Positions 28,231-37,946 of a stretch of 64,000 nt of DNA are shown here, one piece after another. The notes under the pieces were generated by a model. It was not told where the DNA came from. It did no database searches and saw only the letters and a program-made list of their open reading frames with translations. Each line of letters begins with the position of its first letter. Positions within the stretch are counted from its first letter, which is position 1. Position numbers and translations under genes: made by a program. The DNA is from a virus: IMG/VR virus record IMGVR_UViG_2802428897_000001. One strand, 5' to 3'.

Positions 28231-28622
28231 TGGACATCGCATCCGCGATTGCGCTGGCAGGGCTGGCGCACATGGTGGGGGATTACGTCATTCAGTCGGA
28301 CTGGATGGCCCAGGAGAAGACCAAGCGTTGGTGGCCCGCTATCGCGCACGCAGTGACCTATGGGTTGCCGTTCGTGTTCATCACGCAGTCGGTGCTTGCG
28401 CTGGTGGTGATCGTCGGTACGCACGCGGTGATCGACCGTTATCGGCTGGCGCGGCATGTGGTGTGGTTCAAGAATCAGTTGGCGCCGCGGGCGTTCCGGC
28501 CGACCCGCACCGCGACAGGGCACGGCGCTGATCGCCCCGATTGGCTTGCGGTGTGGCTGCTCATCATTGCGGACAACGTGATTCACATGCTGATCAACGT
28601 CGCGTCGGTGGTGTGGCTCTGA
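28230..28622 (+). CDS. DUF3307-like membrane protein
   Basis: AHMVGDYVIQSDWMA..K, H..Y, H.VID, DN..H. Confidence 0.8.
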   Translation: MDIASAIALAGLAHMVGDYVIQSDWMAQEKTKRWWPAIAHAVTYGLPFVFITQSVLALVVIVGTHAVIDRYRLARHVVWFKNQLAPRAFRPTRTATGHGADRPDWLAVWLLIIADNVIHMLINVASVVWL

Positions 28623-30979
28623 TGTGGCCGGAGCGAGGTGAGGCGTTGTCTCGGACAATCGAGGCTGAATCGGCGATCAGTGACTTGTATGCGGAGACGT
28701 TGCGGCGCTGGGCACCGGAGGCGCGCGCCGCTGTGCTGCCCGCACTGACCGCGGCAGCTGCGTTACCTCCGGACCCTGACGCCGTCTCGCAGACCCAAAG
28801 CATGTGGGACCAGCACTCCGAAGCCATCATCATGACCGGCCTCGGCATCTTGTGGGCAGCATCGGTGTACGAAGCCACGATCGGCCTGGGTGGCACGGTA
28901 GCCGACGTGGTCGTGCCCGACCTCGACACCGTGGTGCTGGCCATCGTGCTCGGCTCGCTGCTCATGTCCGGCAAGGAAATCGCTGCCGCCGTTGCCCATG
29001 TCGAAGCTAACCCGGCGCTCGCCGCTGCGCGCGATGACTTCCTGGCCAGCCGCCGCGACAATATCGCGGCTACACCCGCGATGGTGCGCGCCAAGATGGA
29101 AGCCGCGCTCGCCGAACCGACGCTGACCTTGTCAGTGACCCCCGAGGACCGACCGGAGGTGTTGCGCGCCAGGGCTGCCGAAGTCCTGGAGCCGTCGTCA
29201 AACGAAATGCGTGACCTGGCCCGCCAGCGCGGGTACCAAGCCGCCGATGTGCTCAACAACGCGGTTGTCGCCGCTGCGGCGCAGTCGGAAGAGTCCGCAG
29301 GGCTGGAGAAGACGTGGATCTGCACTCTCGATGGCAAGACCCGGCCGTCGCATTGGGCCGCTGACGGGCAGCGAGTGCCGCTTAAGGGGCACTTCACCGT
29401 TGGCGGTGAGCAGCTGTTCGTCCCGGGGGATATGTCGGCTTCTCCCGCGGAGTGGAAGAACTGCCGGTGCCGCGTCGGCATTCTCGCGGCCGGCGAGGAT
29501 CTGCCGGACGCGGTTGATCGGCACACTGAGCGCCTCGACGGCCGGGATTCGGTGGCAGTCAACCGTGATGGGCGCACCCAGGCAGAGGAAATTGAGCGCC
29601 GAGACAAGGCGGGCAATGTGCGTGCCCGTGACACCGAGGACGGTATCGGGCGCGTGGCGTCCGGCGGCTGGGCCGCACCGAGTGAACAGGAGTACGAAAT
29701 GGCTGAAGACACAGAGACCTATTTGACGTTTACCGACGCGCTATTCGCGGTGACCGGTACTCCGACGTCCGATGGTCGGATGCTTGCAGCCGACATCGAG
29801 CTAGCCTTCCGCGACACCCCTATGCCGCTGCAGTGGTGCGAGAAAATGGAAGGCGGCCACTACGGGTCCGTCACAGTCGGCGTCATCGAGGCGATTCGGT
29901 TCAAAGACGGCGAGGTTCGTGCGGACGGCTACATGCTCAACAACGACAACGCCATCAAAGCGATCGACCTAGTGAGTCATGGTGTGTGCAATCCGTCCGT
30001 CGATCTGGGTGATGTCACGATGATCGCCACCTACCAAGACGGCACAGTAGTGACAGAGGAAAACTACGACCCTGACCACGAGATATTCGCCACTACAACG
30101 GCTGCCGAAGTACTCGCCACCACCATCGTGGCCATCCCTGCATTCGGGCAGACAAGGATTGCCCTGAACGCCGAACGCGAGGCGCGCGACAAGGCACTGG
30201 TTGCGTCGATGGCCGCCAAATTCCAGCCACGCGTATACGCCCCGGCCTTGTTCTCCGACCCCGGGCTCGCTGGACCCACTCCGCTGTCGATCGACCCCGA
30301 AACGGGGCGGATCTTCGGCCACGTCGCCACCTTCAAAGAAAAGCATCGTTCCGTTGGCCTCGGGCATATCTCGCCTCCGCGGTCGCACACCGGCTATGCG
30401 CATTTCCACTCCTCGCCACCGGTGCGCCTTTCCGATGGCACTGAACTATCGGTGGGTCGGCTGACCGTGGGCATCGGACACGCACCGGTGTCTGGAGTGA
30501 GCAACGCCGAAGCTCAGGCGCACTACGACAACGCCGAGGCGTGCTTTGCGCTCGTACGAGCCGGAGAGGACGCCCACGGCATCTGGGTGTCGGGTGTCGC
30601 AGCTCCGTGGGCGACACCGGCCAAGATCGAGATGGGCTTGGCCGCGCCCTTGTCCGGCGACTGGCGCCCATACGGCGGAAACCTCGAACTCGTTGCCGTG
30701 CTGGCAGTCAACACACCAGGATTCCTGTGCCGCAGAACAACCGACTCACAAGGCAACCCGTTGTCGTTGGTGGCTTCCATGTCGCCGCGCCCGGGAGCGC
30801 CCGGCACTACAGCGCTGTCTCACGATGACATCAAGGCTGCCGTAACCGAAGCTTTGGCCGAATCCGCCCATGCTGCCAAGCGGGCCGCGCTGCTCACGCG
30901 TGCGACATTGGCCGTTGGGGATCCGCCGCCGGAGCCATCGCCGGCTGAGCGGATGAGCCAACTGCTGGAGCGTGCCTGA
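28622..30979 (+). CDS. MuF-like minor head protein fused to capsid maturation protease
   Basis: KTWICTLDGKTRPSH..ADGQ..NCRC (MuF); TSDGR, PSVD, IPAF, LSGDWR (protease region). Confidence 0.85.
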   Translation: MWPERGEALSRTIEAESAISDLYAETLRRWAPEARAAVLPALTAAAALPPDPDAVSQTQSMWDQHSEAIIMTGLGILWAASVYEATIGLGGTVADVVVPDLDTVVLAIVLGSLLMSGKEIAAAVAHVEANPALAAARDDFLASRRDNIAATPAMVRAKMEAALAEPTLTLSVTPEDRPEVLRARAAEVLEPSSNEMRDLARQRGYQAADVLNNAVVAAAAQSEESAGLEKTWICTLDGKTRPSHWAADGQRVPLKGHFTVGGEQLFVPGDMSASPAEWKNCRCRVGILAAGEDLPDAVDRHTERLDGRDSVAVNRDGRTQAEEIERRDKAGNVRARDTEDGIGRVASGGWAAPSEQEYEMAEDTETYLTFTDALFAVTGTPTSDGRMLAADIELAFRDTPMPLQWCEKMEGGHYGSVTVGVIEAIRFKDGEVRADGYMLNNDNAIKAIDLVSHGVCNPSVDLGDVTMIATYQDGTVVTEENYDPDHEIFATTTAAEVLATTIVAIPAFGQTRIALNAEREARDKALVASMAAKFQPRVYAPALFSDPGLAGPTPLSIDPETGRIFGHVATFKEKHRSVGLGHISPPRSHTGYAHFHSSPPVRLSDGTELSVGRLTVGIGHAPVSGVSNAEAQAHYDNAEACFALVRAGEDAHGIWVSGVAAPWATPAKIEMGLAAPLSGDWRPYGGNLELVAVLAVNTPGFLCRRTTDSQGNPLSLVASMSPRPGAPGTTALSHDDIKAAVTEALAESAHAAKRAALLTRATLAVGDPPPEPSPAERMSQLLERA

Positions 30980-31158
30980 TGGGGTGCGGATGCCGCAGGG
31001 GCACACGCGCCGGTTCGGTCACGTCTTCCGGTGCGACGGTGCAGAGTTTCGAATACACCGCGCCAGATAAGACGGTCACTTCGTTCCTGACGCTCATTGA
31101 GGCCAAGAAGGAACAACGCCGAAATGGGGGCGGCACCATCAAGCTCATCACCAACTGA
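30979..31158 (+). CDS. Small phage protein (MGCGC...)
   Basis: TGATG coupling, 59 aa. Confidence 0.6.
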   Translation: MGCGCRRGTRAGSVTSSGATVQSFEYTAPDKTVTSFLTLIEAKKEQRRNGGGTIKLITN

Positions 31159-31190
31159 GTTTCTTAAAGGCTTTTAACCGCAGAGGGATT

Positions 31191-31223
31191 CCCGCAGGTC
31201 TTTGACCTGCGGGTTTCTCTTTT
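31191..31223 (+). terminator. Intrinsic terminator
   Basis: CCCGCAGGTC-TTT-GACCTGCGGG followed by T-rich tail. Confidence 0.8.
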
Positions 31224-31356
31224 GGCGGCTGATACGCGAAAAGCGTGTGCACGCACCGTCTCTACGTTCTGCGGCCAAGAGAGTTCCTGTCATGCGCTAT
31301 GTGCCGGGGAGCGATCGAACAGACCGAGAGTTTCACTCTGAGAACAGGAGCACGCA

Positions 31357-33141
31357 GTGAAGTTCGACAAGCTGCCCGATCCGCTGCCCGCCACCGTCGC
31401 CGAGCTCAACGAGCTGGCTGCCACTGTGACAGCGGAGATCCGGGTATTCCAGGCCCGCGCCGCCGCCAACGACGAGTTCAGCGCTGAGGAGACTGAGCGT
31501 TTCGAGTACCTGCTCGACAGCCGCGACAAGGTTGTGACCGAGCGCGATTCGATCGCCGCCGCCGATCAGGCACAGACCGAGAACCTCAACGCCCTACTCG
31601 ACCGCGCGAATGCCGCGACCGAGAAGCCCGAGCCCGAGCCAGCAGCCGACACCGCGACAGACAACGAGGCAGCCCCCGCAGACGGTGACGGTGGTGCTGT
31701 AGCGGAAGTGGTAGCAGAGGCCGAAGCCGCCACCGCGGCAGCTGCCGCGGAATCGGAAACCGTCACCGCTGCCGCAGGTTCGGGCCGCCAGGTCGAGTTC
31801 GCAGGCGCAGTTCGCAACAGTGATATCCCCGCCGGCACCCCCGGCGGTGAGAAGCCCAAGGGCTGGGACATGCTGCAGTCCGCACCGAAGTACGCCGAGT
31901 TCGGCACCGAGAAGGTCGGTTTCGCCGAGATCGCTCAGTCGATCGCCTCTGTAAGTACAGGGTCCGTCTCGGGCCGTCAGCGCACCGGCACGAGCCCTGA
32001 CGGCAACTACGCGACCCAGGCGATCGCCCGCCTGACGCGGCCCGCTCCGGAGATTCCGGCGCCTGCCAATGAGCATGAGGCGCTCGCGGTTCTGGATGCC
32101 ATCGGCCGCGAGATCCCAGGCCACGGCCCAGTGAACGCGAAGGGCCTGGTCGCTGCTGGTGGTTGGTGCGCCCCGTCGCAGCAGGTCTACACCTTCTGTG
32201 ATGTGCCTGAGGCGTCGAATCTGCTGTCGCTGCCGGACTTCCCGTTCGACTTCTCTCGCGGAGGTGTCCGCGTCCCGATCAGCCCCGATGTGTCGGCGCT
32301 ACTGGACAACCTGTGGCACTTCACCGAAGCCGAACTCGAAGCCGTCAATGCCCAGGGCGATCCGACCGCGGTCAAAAAGCTCATCGAGTTGCCGTGCCCG
32401 GACGAGTTCCTCGAGTGGCGCCTGGAGGCGATCGGCTGGGCGGCCAAGGCCGGCATCCTGATGCGCCAAGCCTGGCCCGAGGCGATCGAGAACGCATTGC
32501 AGCAGATCCAGGTTGCCCACCAGCACCGTGTCTCGCAGATCTCCATCGGCAAGATGGTCGCTGGGTCGGGCACTCCGATCGCGGTTCCTGCCGGGGCGGT
32601 GCTGGGAGCAACTAGTGGCGTTCTCAACGGTCTAGCGCTGCAGGCGTCGAACCTTCGGTACAACAAGGGGCTCGCAGACAACGCCACTATCGAAGGCGTT
32701 GCGCCGGTGTGGTTCCGAGAGGTGCTGCGCGCCGACCTTGCGCTGCGCGAGGGCAAGGAATTCCTAGCGGTCACCAACGCGGAGATCGACAACTGGCTGG
32801 CGGTCCGCGACATCTACCTGCAGTACGTGGTGGATTGGCAGACCCGCGGCGCGGGCCAGCCCGGCAACATGGCCACCGTGGTGTACCCGGCCACGGTCGA
32901 CGTGATGCTGTATCCGGCCGGCACCTGGTTCCGCACGCTGAACAACGTCATCACCTTGGGCGTGCAGTACCCGCTGCAGCAGTTGCAGCTCAACCAGTAC
33001 ACCCACGTGTTCACCGAGGACTCGCTGCAGGTGGGCAAGCGCTGCGACCAGTCGATCATCGTGCGGCTGCCGATCTGCGTGTCCGGTGCTATCGGAGCTC
33101 GTCAGACCGTGGCGTGCAACACGCCGCCTGCGACCCCGTAG
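31357..33141 (+). CDS. Major capsid (hexamer) protein with N-terminal scaffold-like region
   Basis: Acidic Ala-rich N-terminus, AAGGWCAPS, RGG, WPE, FTE motifs; AGGAG RBS. Confidence 0.88.
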   Translation: MKFDKLPDPLPATVAELNELAATVTAEIRVFQARAAANDEFSAEETERFEYLLDSRDKVVTERDSIAAADQAQTENLNALLDRANAATEKPEPEPAADTATDNEAAPADGDGGAVAEVVAEAEAATAAAAAESETVTAAAGSGRQVEFAGAVRNSDIPAGTPGGEKPKGWDMLQSAPKYAEFGTEKVGFAEIAQSIASVSTGSVSGRQRTGTSPDGNYATQAIARLTRPAPEIPAPANEHEALAVLDAIGREIPGHGPVNAKGLVAAGGWCAPSQQVYTFCDVPEASNLLSLPDFPFDFSRGGVRVPISPDVSALLDNLWHFTEAELEAVNAQGDPTAVKKLIELPCPDEFLEWRLEAIGWAAKAGILMRQAWPEAIENALQQIQVAHQHRVSQISIGKMVAGSGTPIAVPAGAVLGATSGVLNGLALQASNLRYNKGLADNATIEGVAPVWFREVLRADLALREGKEFLAVTNAEIDNWLAVRDIYLQYVVDWQTRGAGQPGNMATVVYPATVDVMLYPAGTWFRTLNNVITLGVQYPLQQLQLNQYTHVFTEDSLQVGKRCDQSIIVRLPICVSGAIGARQTVACNTPPATP

Positions 33142-33236
33142 CGGACCCGGCGAATCGCATTGGACGAGGCGGGCGGACGTGAACAACCGAGGCATTCACG
33201 TCCGCCCGCCTTCCCGGCAGAGAGGAATCGCGCCAC

Positions 33237-34010
33237 ATGACCGCAGCACTATCCCCGGTGCAGTTTGACGCACCGTTGGTCAACCCGGCACCCAACGGGC
33301 TCGTCGCTGCCACCCAATGGGTCGACGAGAGCGGACCGCTGCGCTGGCTGCCGTCCGGTGTCGAATTCCGGGTCTTCAACTACGGCGGCGGCACCCAGTT
33401 CGGCGTCTGGAGCGCACCCTGGAACGCCACCCAGTCTCAGCTCAAACCCGCCGACGTCAAAAAGGGTGAGCGTCCTGCCTTCCCAGATGCCTTCATTGCG
33501 CAGACCACGTACGCATCTGACGACTGCAGTCTGCTCAAGCGGAGCCGCGATGAGATCCGGGTCCGAGCACAGCAAGTACACCGCGTGCTGGAGCCTATCC
33601 AGACGGAGAAGACGCTCGCGGCCCGCATGCTGCTCGATGCCGGGACGCCCTCGGCTAAGACGGGAATCGTGGCAGCTATCGGCGCCATCGAGGGGCTGAT
33701 CGCGGACACCGGCACCGTCGGGCTCATTCACGCGTCGGCGGAGTTGGCCGCCCCTGCCGCACAGGCGAATCTGATCCGCTACAACAACGGCCGGCTGGTT
33801 TCACCGCTGGGTAACACCTGGGTGTTCGGCGGCGGCTACGTCTCGGCGCTGGGCTCCAAGCTGATCGCCACCAGCCCCACCTACGGATGGCGCGGACCAG
33901 TGGAGCTGCGCGATGCGCCGAGCCTGCAGCACAACGAATTCAAGGCCATCGCCGAGCGGTCGCTGGTCGTCGGATATGAGGCGCTGATCGGCGCCGTGAA
34001 CATCACGTAG
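33237..34010 (+). CDS. Putative capsid pentamer/minor capsid protein
   Basis: Directly after MCP; GLIHAS..SPLGN.WVFGGGY..AER, as in cluster-B-like phages. Confidence 0.6.
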   Translation: MTAALSPVQFDAPLVNPAPNGLVAATQWVDESGPLRWLPSGVEFRVFNYGGGTQFGVWSAPWNATQSQLKPADVKKGERPAFPDAFIAQTTYASDDCSLLKRSRDEIRVRAQQVHRVLEPIQTEKTLAARMLLDAGTPSAKTGIVAAIGAIEGLIADTGTVGLIHASAELAAPAAQANLIRYNNGRLVSPLGNTWVFGGGYVSALGSKLIATSPTYGWRGPVELRDAPSLQHNEFKAIAERSLVVGYEALIGAVNIT

Positions 34011-34024
34011 AAGGGTTGGACGTT

Positions 34025-34561
34025 ATGCCTGCTGGTGTGGAAGTTGTGGTCAACGAAGGCTTCGCCACCATCGATTTCGTCGACGGGACGCTGCGCGGCC
34101 CCGGATTGGCCAAGCTGCTGGAAGTCGGCACACCGCCCGAGGCCATCGAGAAACTGACCCGCGAGGGTCCGCGCGCTGTCTACGTAGTGCCGGAAGGCAA
34201 TGCCCGCGAGGCCGGCCTGCTCGACGAAGTGGACGCCGATGACTCCAACGATGGCCAACCGCCAGAAGCAATGACCGACGCGACCACAGGCGACGACGGC
34301 TCGGGCGCGGCGTTACCGCTCCCTGAACCGGTTGCGACCGACGCCGAAGGTACAGCCATCGGCGACCCCACCCAGGAGCCGCTTCCTACAGGTGATTTCG
34401 CGCCGAAGGCTTGGCCACAGGGCGATCCTGAGTTGGACTGGAAGCGTCCGCAGCTCGATGCCTACGCCGCGTCCAAGGGTCTGGACACCAAGGAGCTGCC
34501 CAACAAGGAAGCAGTGTTCGCGGCCATCGCTAAGCACGCTTCAGAGGCGATGAACTCGTGA
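34025..34561 (+). CDS. Virion-associated hypothetical protein with C-terminal HeH-like motif
   Basis: WKRPQLDAYAASKGL...KEAVFAAI. Confidence 0.6.
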   Translation: MPAGVEVVVNEGFATIDFVDGTLRGPGLAKLLEVGTPPEAIEKLTREGPRAVYVVPEGNAREAGLLDEVDADDSNDGQPPEAMTDATTGDDGSGAALPLPEPVATDAEGTAIGDPTQEPLPTGDFAPKAWPQGDPELDWKRPQLDAYAASKGLDTKELPNKEAVFAAIAKHASEAMNS

Positions 34562-34821
34562 GCGATCTGTTTACCCGGGAGTTCTGGAAGGACGCGGTGG
34601 AGCGCACCGTTAGTTCTGCGGCACAAGGGTTCCTTGTAGGTGGCGGTCTCGGTGTTGGTGCCGAAGCTACGCAATCTGTTGACGCCCGGTACTTTCCGTG
34701 GCTCGCTGCGGCCAGCGTCGCGGGCGGTATGGCAGCGGCGAGCTTCGCCAAGTGCCTGGCCGCAGTGCATGTCGGTGAGCGTGGGACTGCCTCACTACAT
34801 CGGCGAAGGTCATTCGAGTGA
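34558..34821 (+). CDS. r1t-like holin
   Basis: FTREFWKDAVERTVSSAAQ, two TM segments, GTASL. Confidence 0.75.
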   Translation: MSDLFTREFWKDAVERTVSSAAQGFLVGGGLGVGAEATQSVDARYFPWLAAASVAGGMAAASFAKCLAAVHVGERGTASLHRRRSFE

Positions 34822-35069
34822 GCCCAGACCAGATCCAAGCTGTCGGTGGAGTCATCGTCGCCATCCTGGGCGCCTGGCAAGCCCGCACCTCGCGCAAGGT
34901 CCGTGACCTGGAAGCGCAACTAGCCATCGTCGTAGGCCAGCGCGACCAATATCGTGACAAACTCCGCGCAGCCGTCCGACACATCCGCGAATGGATGGGC
35001 TGGGCGCGACAGCACGCGCCCGGCAAGCCAACTCCGGCGGTCCCGGCCGAGTTACGTGACGAGATCTGA
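34818..35069 (+). CDS. Membrane protein with coiled coil
   Basis: N-terminal TM then heptads. Confidence 0.65.
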   Translation: MSPDQIQAVGGVIVAILGAWQARTSRKVRDLEAQLAIVVGQRDQYRDKLRAAVRHIREWMGWARQHAPGKPTPAVPAELRDEI

Positions 35070-35156
35070 TGCACCCCGTCCTTTTACTGTTCGCCGCAGC
35101 CTCGGAAAACGTAATGGACCGGCGCGAAGCGCCTGATAGCAGGAGGAAGCCAGCAC

Positions 35157-36215
35157 ATGGCATTCGCAGTCGTTAAGGGCTATGCGCTCCGCGTGACCAA
35201 GGTGGATTCGTGCGGTCTGCCCATCCAGGGCAACGCCAACCGCATCGTCACCGAGGGATTCATTCGGGTCAATCTGGATCCGAATATGAAGGAAGCCAAC
35301 GAGATCACCCAAGAGAACGCCGCGGGCAAGGAGTGCGTCAGTGATCGCACCCCGGCCGAACGCCGTTGGTGGAACACCGAACTTCAGCTGTGCGGCGTTG
35401 ACCCGGACCTGTGGTCGCTGATCCTCTTGTGGGCGAGGGTGCTTGACTACAACGGTGACCCGATCGGCGTGATCGACAGCAAGTCCGTCGATGACAAGTC
35501 GGGCGTCATGTTCGAGATCTGGACTGGCGGCCAGGGCGACGACGACTGCCCCGAGCCGCTGGATGACTCGATCTTCTCCGCGGCGGCATCCGGACGCCAA
35601 TACGGCTATCTCGCTTTTGCCGGCAATGAGTTCGTGTCGGGCGCAATCCCTGTTGGCGCCGAGGCGTCGAACTTCACCTTGACGGGTCGCACGATCGCGC
35701 CGAAGCGGTGGGGACGGGGCCCGTACAACGTGGCCGCGATCGACCCCGCCGGCACACCGGGGCGTCTGCTGGTTCCCATGTACAGCAAGGACTCGGACAA
35801 CCACCTGATCCTGTTCCGGACCCCGGTGCCGCCGCCGGCGCCCACCGAGGGTGCGTGCGAGCTGGCGGTGCAGTCGATCTTTACCGGTCCGGGTAAGGCG
35901 TACTTCGGTGTGGACGCCGCTGATGTGGCTCCGCCGCAGCCGATCTGCAAGGCCAAGACGTACACCGTCGCGGTTACCGGCACCGGGAACTGGAAGGCCA
36001 AGGTCGGCACTGAGCCGACCGCCGACATCGCGGCCACCGCGCTGCCCGCGGCGGTGCAGTCGGCGATCGAGGCGCTGCCCAACGTCGAGGTGGGCCAGGT
36101 CCAGGTGTCCGGTACGGCAGGCAGCTACACCGTGAAGCTCGACCCGGCTCTGGGGGCGCTTAGCGCCGACAGCACGGGCCTGACTGGCGGTGCCGCCACC
36201 GTCACACCGGCGTAG
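35157..36215 (+). CDS. Major tail protein
   Basis: RVTKVDSCG, LCGVDPD, FEIWT, WGRGPY; AGGAGG RBS. Confidence 0.82.
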   Translation: MAFAVVKGYALRVTKVDSCGLPIQGNANRIVTEGFIRVNLDPNMKEANEITQENAAGKECVSDRTPAERRWWNTELQLCGVDPDLWSLILLWARVLDYNGDPIGVIDSKSVDDKSGVMFEIWTGGQGDDDCPEPLDDSIFSAAASGRQYGYLAFAGNEFVSGAIPVGAEASNFTLTGRTIAPKRWGRGPYNVAAIDPAGTPGRLLVPMYSKDSDNHLILFRTPVPPPAPTEGACELAVQSIFTGPGKAYFGVDAADVAPPQPICKAKTYTVAVTGTGNWKAKVGTEPTADIAATALPAAVQSAIEALPNVEVGQVQVSGTAGSYTVKLDPALGALSADSTGLTGGAATVTPA

Positions 36216-36228
36216 GGGAGCAGGCGAG

Positions 36229-36265
36229 CGAAACGCCCGGGGTGTCACGGCCCCCGGGCGTTTCG
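36229..36265 (+). terminator. Hairpin terminator after major tail gene
   Basis: 14-bp stem CGAAACGCCCGGGG / CCCCGGGCGTTTCG. Confidence 0.75.
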
Positions 36266-36302
36266 TCATGTGTAAGCACCCCCGACTCCTACCGTGTACC
36301 CC

Positions 36303-37046
36303 ATGTCCTGCGATTGGCCGATCGATCGGAGCTGTCTGCCGCCGCTGCCCGAACTCGGCACCAGCCCGACCGCGGAGGAACAAGCGGCCCACAACCTGGA
36401 ACTGATGCGGCGCAGCAACGCCGAAGACATTGCCGTGCAAGTGCTGTGGGCGCTGTCCGGCCGCCAGTTCGGCGCCTGCCCGACCACAGCGCGGCCCTGT
36501 CGCTCCTACGCGCAGGGATTCGGATACAGCTCGACCGTTCTGACACTCGATGCCGGCCAATGGGTGAACTGGCCGTGTGGCTGTATCGGGGGCTGCTCGG
36601 TCACGGGCCCGCGGGTAGTGCATCTGCCGGGCCCGGTCGCGTCGATCACCGACGTGCGGATCGACGGCGCGGTGCTCGATGACTCCGGTTACCAGCTGGA
36701 GGGAAACGCCCTGTACCGCAAGGACGGTGCATGGCCTAGCCAAGATCTCGGCAGGCCGCTCGGGGAGCCCGGAACCTGGTCGGTGACCTACGCACGCGGC
36801 AACCCCGTACCAGCTGGCGTCGACAAACTGGTAGGCCAACTGGCCCGCGAATTTGTTGCCGCCTGCGATGACGAAGACACATGCCGCCTGCCGCGCACCG
36901 TGGTGGCCACCACCCGCCGCGGTGTGAGCCACGAATTCGATCCGACAAAGATCCTCGCCGCAGGCAAGACGGGGCTAAGCGAGGTGGACCTGTGGCTGTC
37001 CGCGGTCAATCCGCATCGACTCCAGCAGGCACCGGAGGTGCTGTGA
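36303..37046 (+). CDS. Head-to-tail adaptor
   Basis: LWALSGRQFGAC..RPC, CRLP..RRGV, TGL.EVDLW..VNP. Confidence 0.75.
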   Translation: MSCDWPIDRSCLPPLPELGTSPTAEEQAAHNLELMRRSNAEDIAVQVLWALSGRQFGACPTTARPCRSYAQGFGYSSTVLTLDAGQWVNWPCGCIGGCSVTGPRVVHLPGPVASITDVRIDGAVLDDSGYQLEGNALYRKDGAWPSQDLGRPLGEPGTWSVTYARGNPVPAGVDKLVGQLAREFVAACDDEDTCRLPRTVVATTRRGVSHEFDPTKILAAGKTGLSEVDLWLSAVNPHRLQQAPEVL

Positions 37047-37585
37047 ATCCCCACGATCCAGCCTCCGACATCGTCAACGAGTTCATCAACGCGATGAAAA
37101 AGGCCTTCAACCCGGCAGATTCGGTCCAACCGCCGCTCGGTGGCGGCTCCAAGGATGTGCGGTTCTTCGCCGGCGACGGGCCGCTGCCGCTGTCCGTTTG
37201 GGATCCCGAGCACGGACCGGCAACGGGCTGCAAACAGCCGCTGCTCTGGGTGCGGGTGGATCGCCGATACCGCAGCCGGCGCAGTGATTTTCCCGCTGCC
37301 TACGTTGCCGCCCGGGATTGCAAGACCGCAGATGTGGTGCGGGCACTGGCGGTCGAGATCGGTATCGCACGGTGCGCGGACATGTCAGCCAAACCGAAGT
37401 GGCCGGTGCTCGAATCGGAGGCCGAGATCAGCCTGGATGACTCGTTCCGGATCGAAACGGCGTTGTGTCTGGCGGCCACCGCGCTGACGAAGCCCGATCG
37501 TGCAGTAGCCACCGATACCATCGCGCCGCAAGGGCCCGAGGGCGGGCTGATCGCGTGGACCGGTATGGCCTACGTGTCGCTATGA
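37043..37585 (+). CDS. Putative tail terminator/neck protein
   Basis: EIGIARC, GPEGG; synteny. Confidence 0.55.
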   Translation: MNPHDPASDIVNEFINAMKKAFNPADSVQPPLGGGSKDVRFFAGDGPLPLSVWDPEHGPATGCKQPLLWVRVDRRYRSRRSDFPAAYVAARDCKTADVVRALAVEIGIARCADMSAKPKWPVLESEAEISLDDSFRIETALCLAATALTKPDRAVATDTIAPQGPEGGLIAWTGMAYVSL

Positions 37586-37598
37586 GAGAGGGTGCGCT

Positions 37599-37946
37599 GT
37601 GGGGCATTACGTCACGATCGAGGGAAGCCTGACACCGACCACGGTTCTGGGGCGGGGTGTGCGCAAGACAGTGGCCGTCACCGACGAGGTCCGCAAGCTG
37701 GTGCAGATCGGTGGCGCCGTCGTGGTGGACGGCAGCCTCGACGAACCTGAAGCCCCCGGAAACGAGTCCAGCAGCGAAAGCACCGCGCAAGCCGAAACAT
37801 CGGAGGAGACCGAGCCGGATTCCGCTGCCGACAGCCCGCACACCGAGGCCGACACGGAGACCTCGGCCAAGCGTGTCCGCGGCGCACGCCGGTCGCCGGC
37901 CGCCGACCCGGACGCACCGCAGACGAAGCCCGATGGCGCGAGTTAG
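37599..37946 (+). CDS. Hypothetical virion protein
   Basis: GAGGG RBS; acidic tail. Confidence 0.6.
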   Translation: MGHYVTIEGSLTPTTVLGRGVRKTVAVTDEVRKLVQIGGAVVVDGSLDEPEAPGNESSSESTAQAETSEETEPDSAADSPHTEADTETSAKRVRGARRSPAADPDAPQTKPDGAS

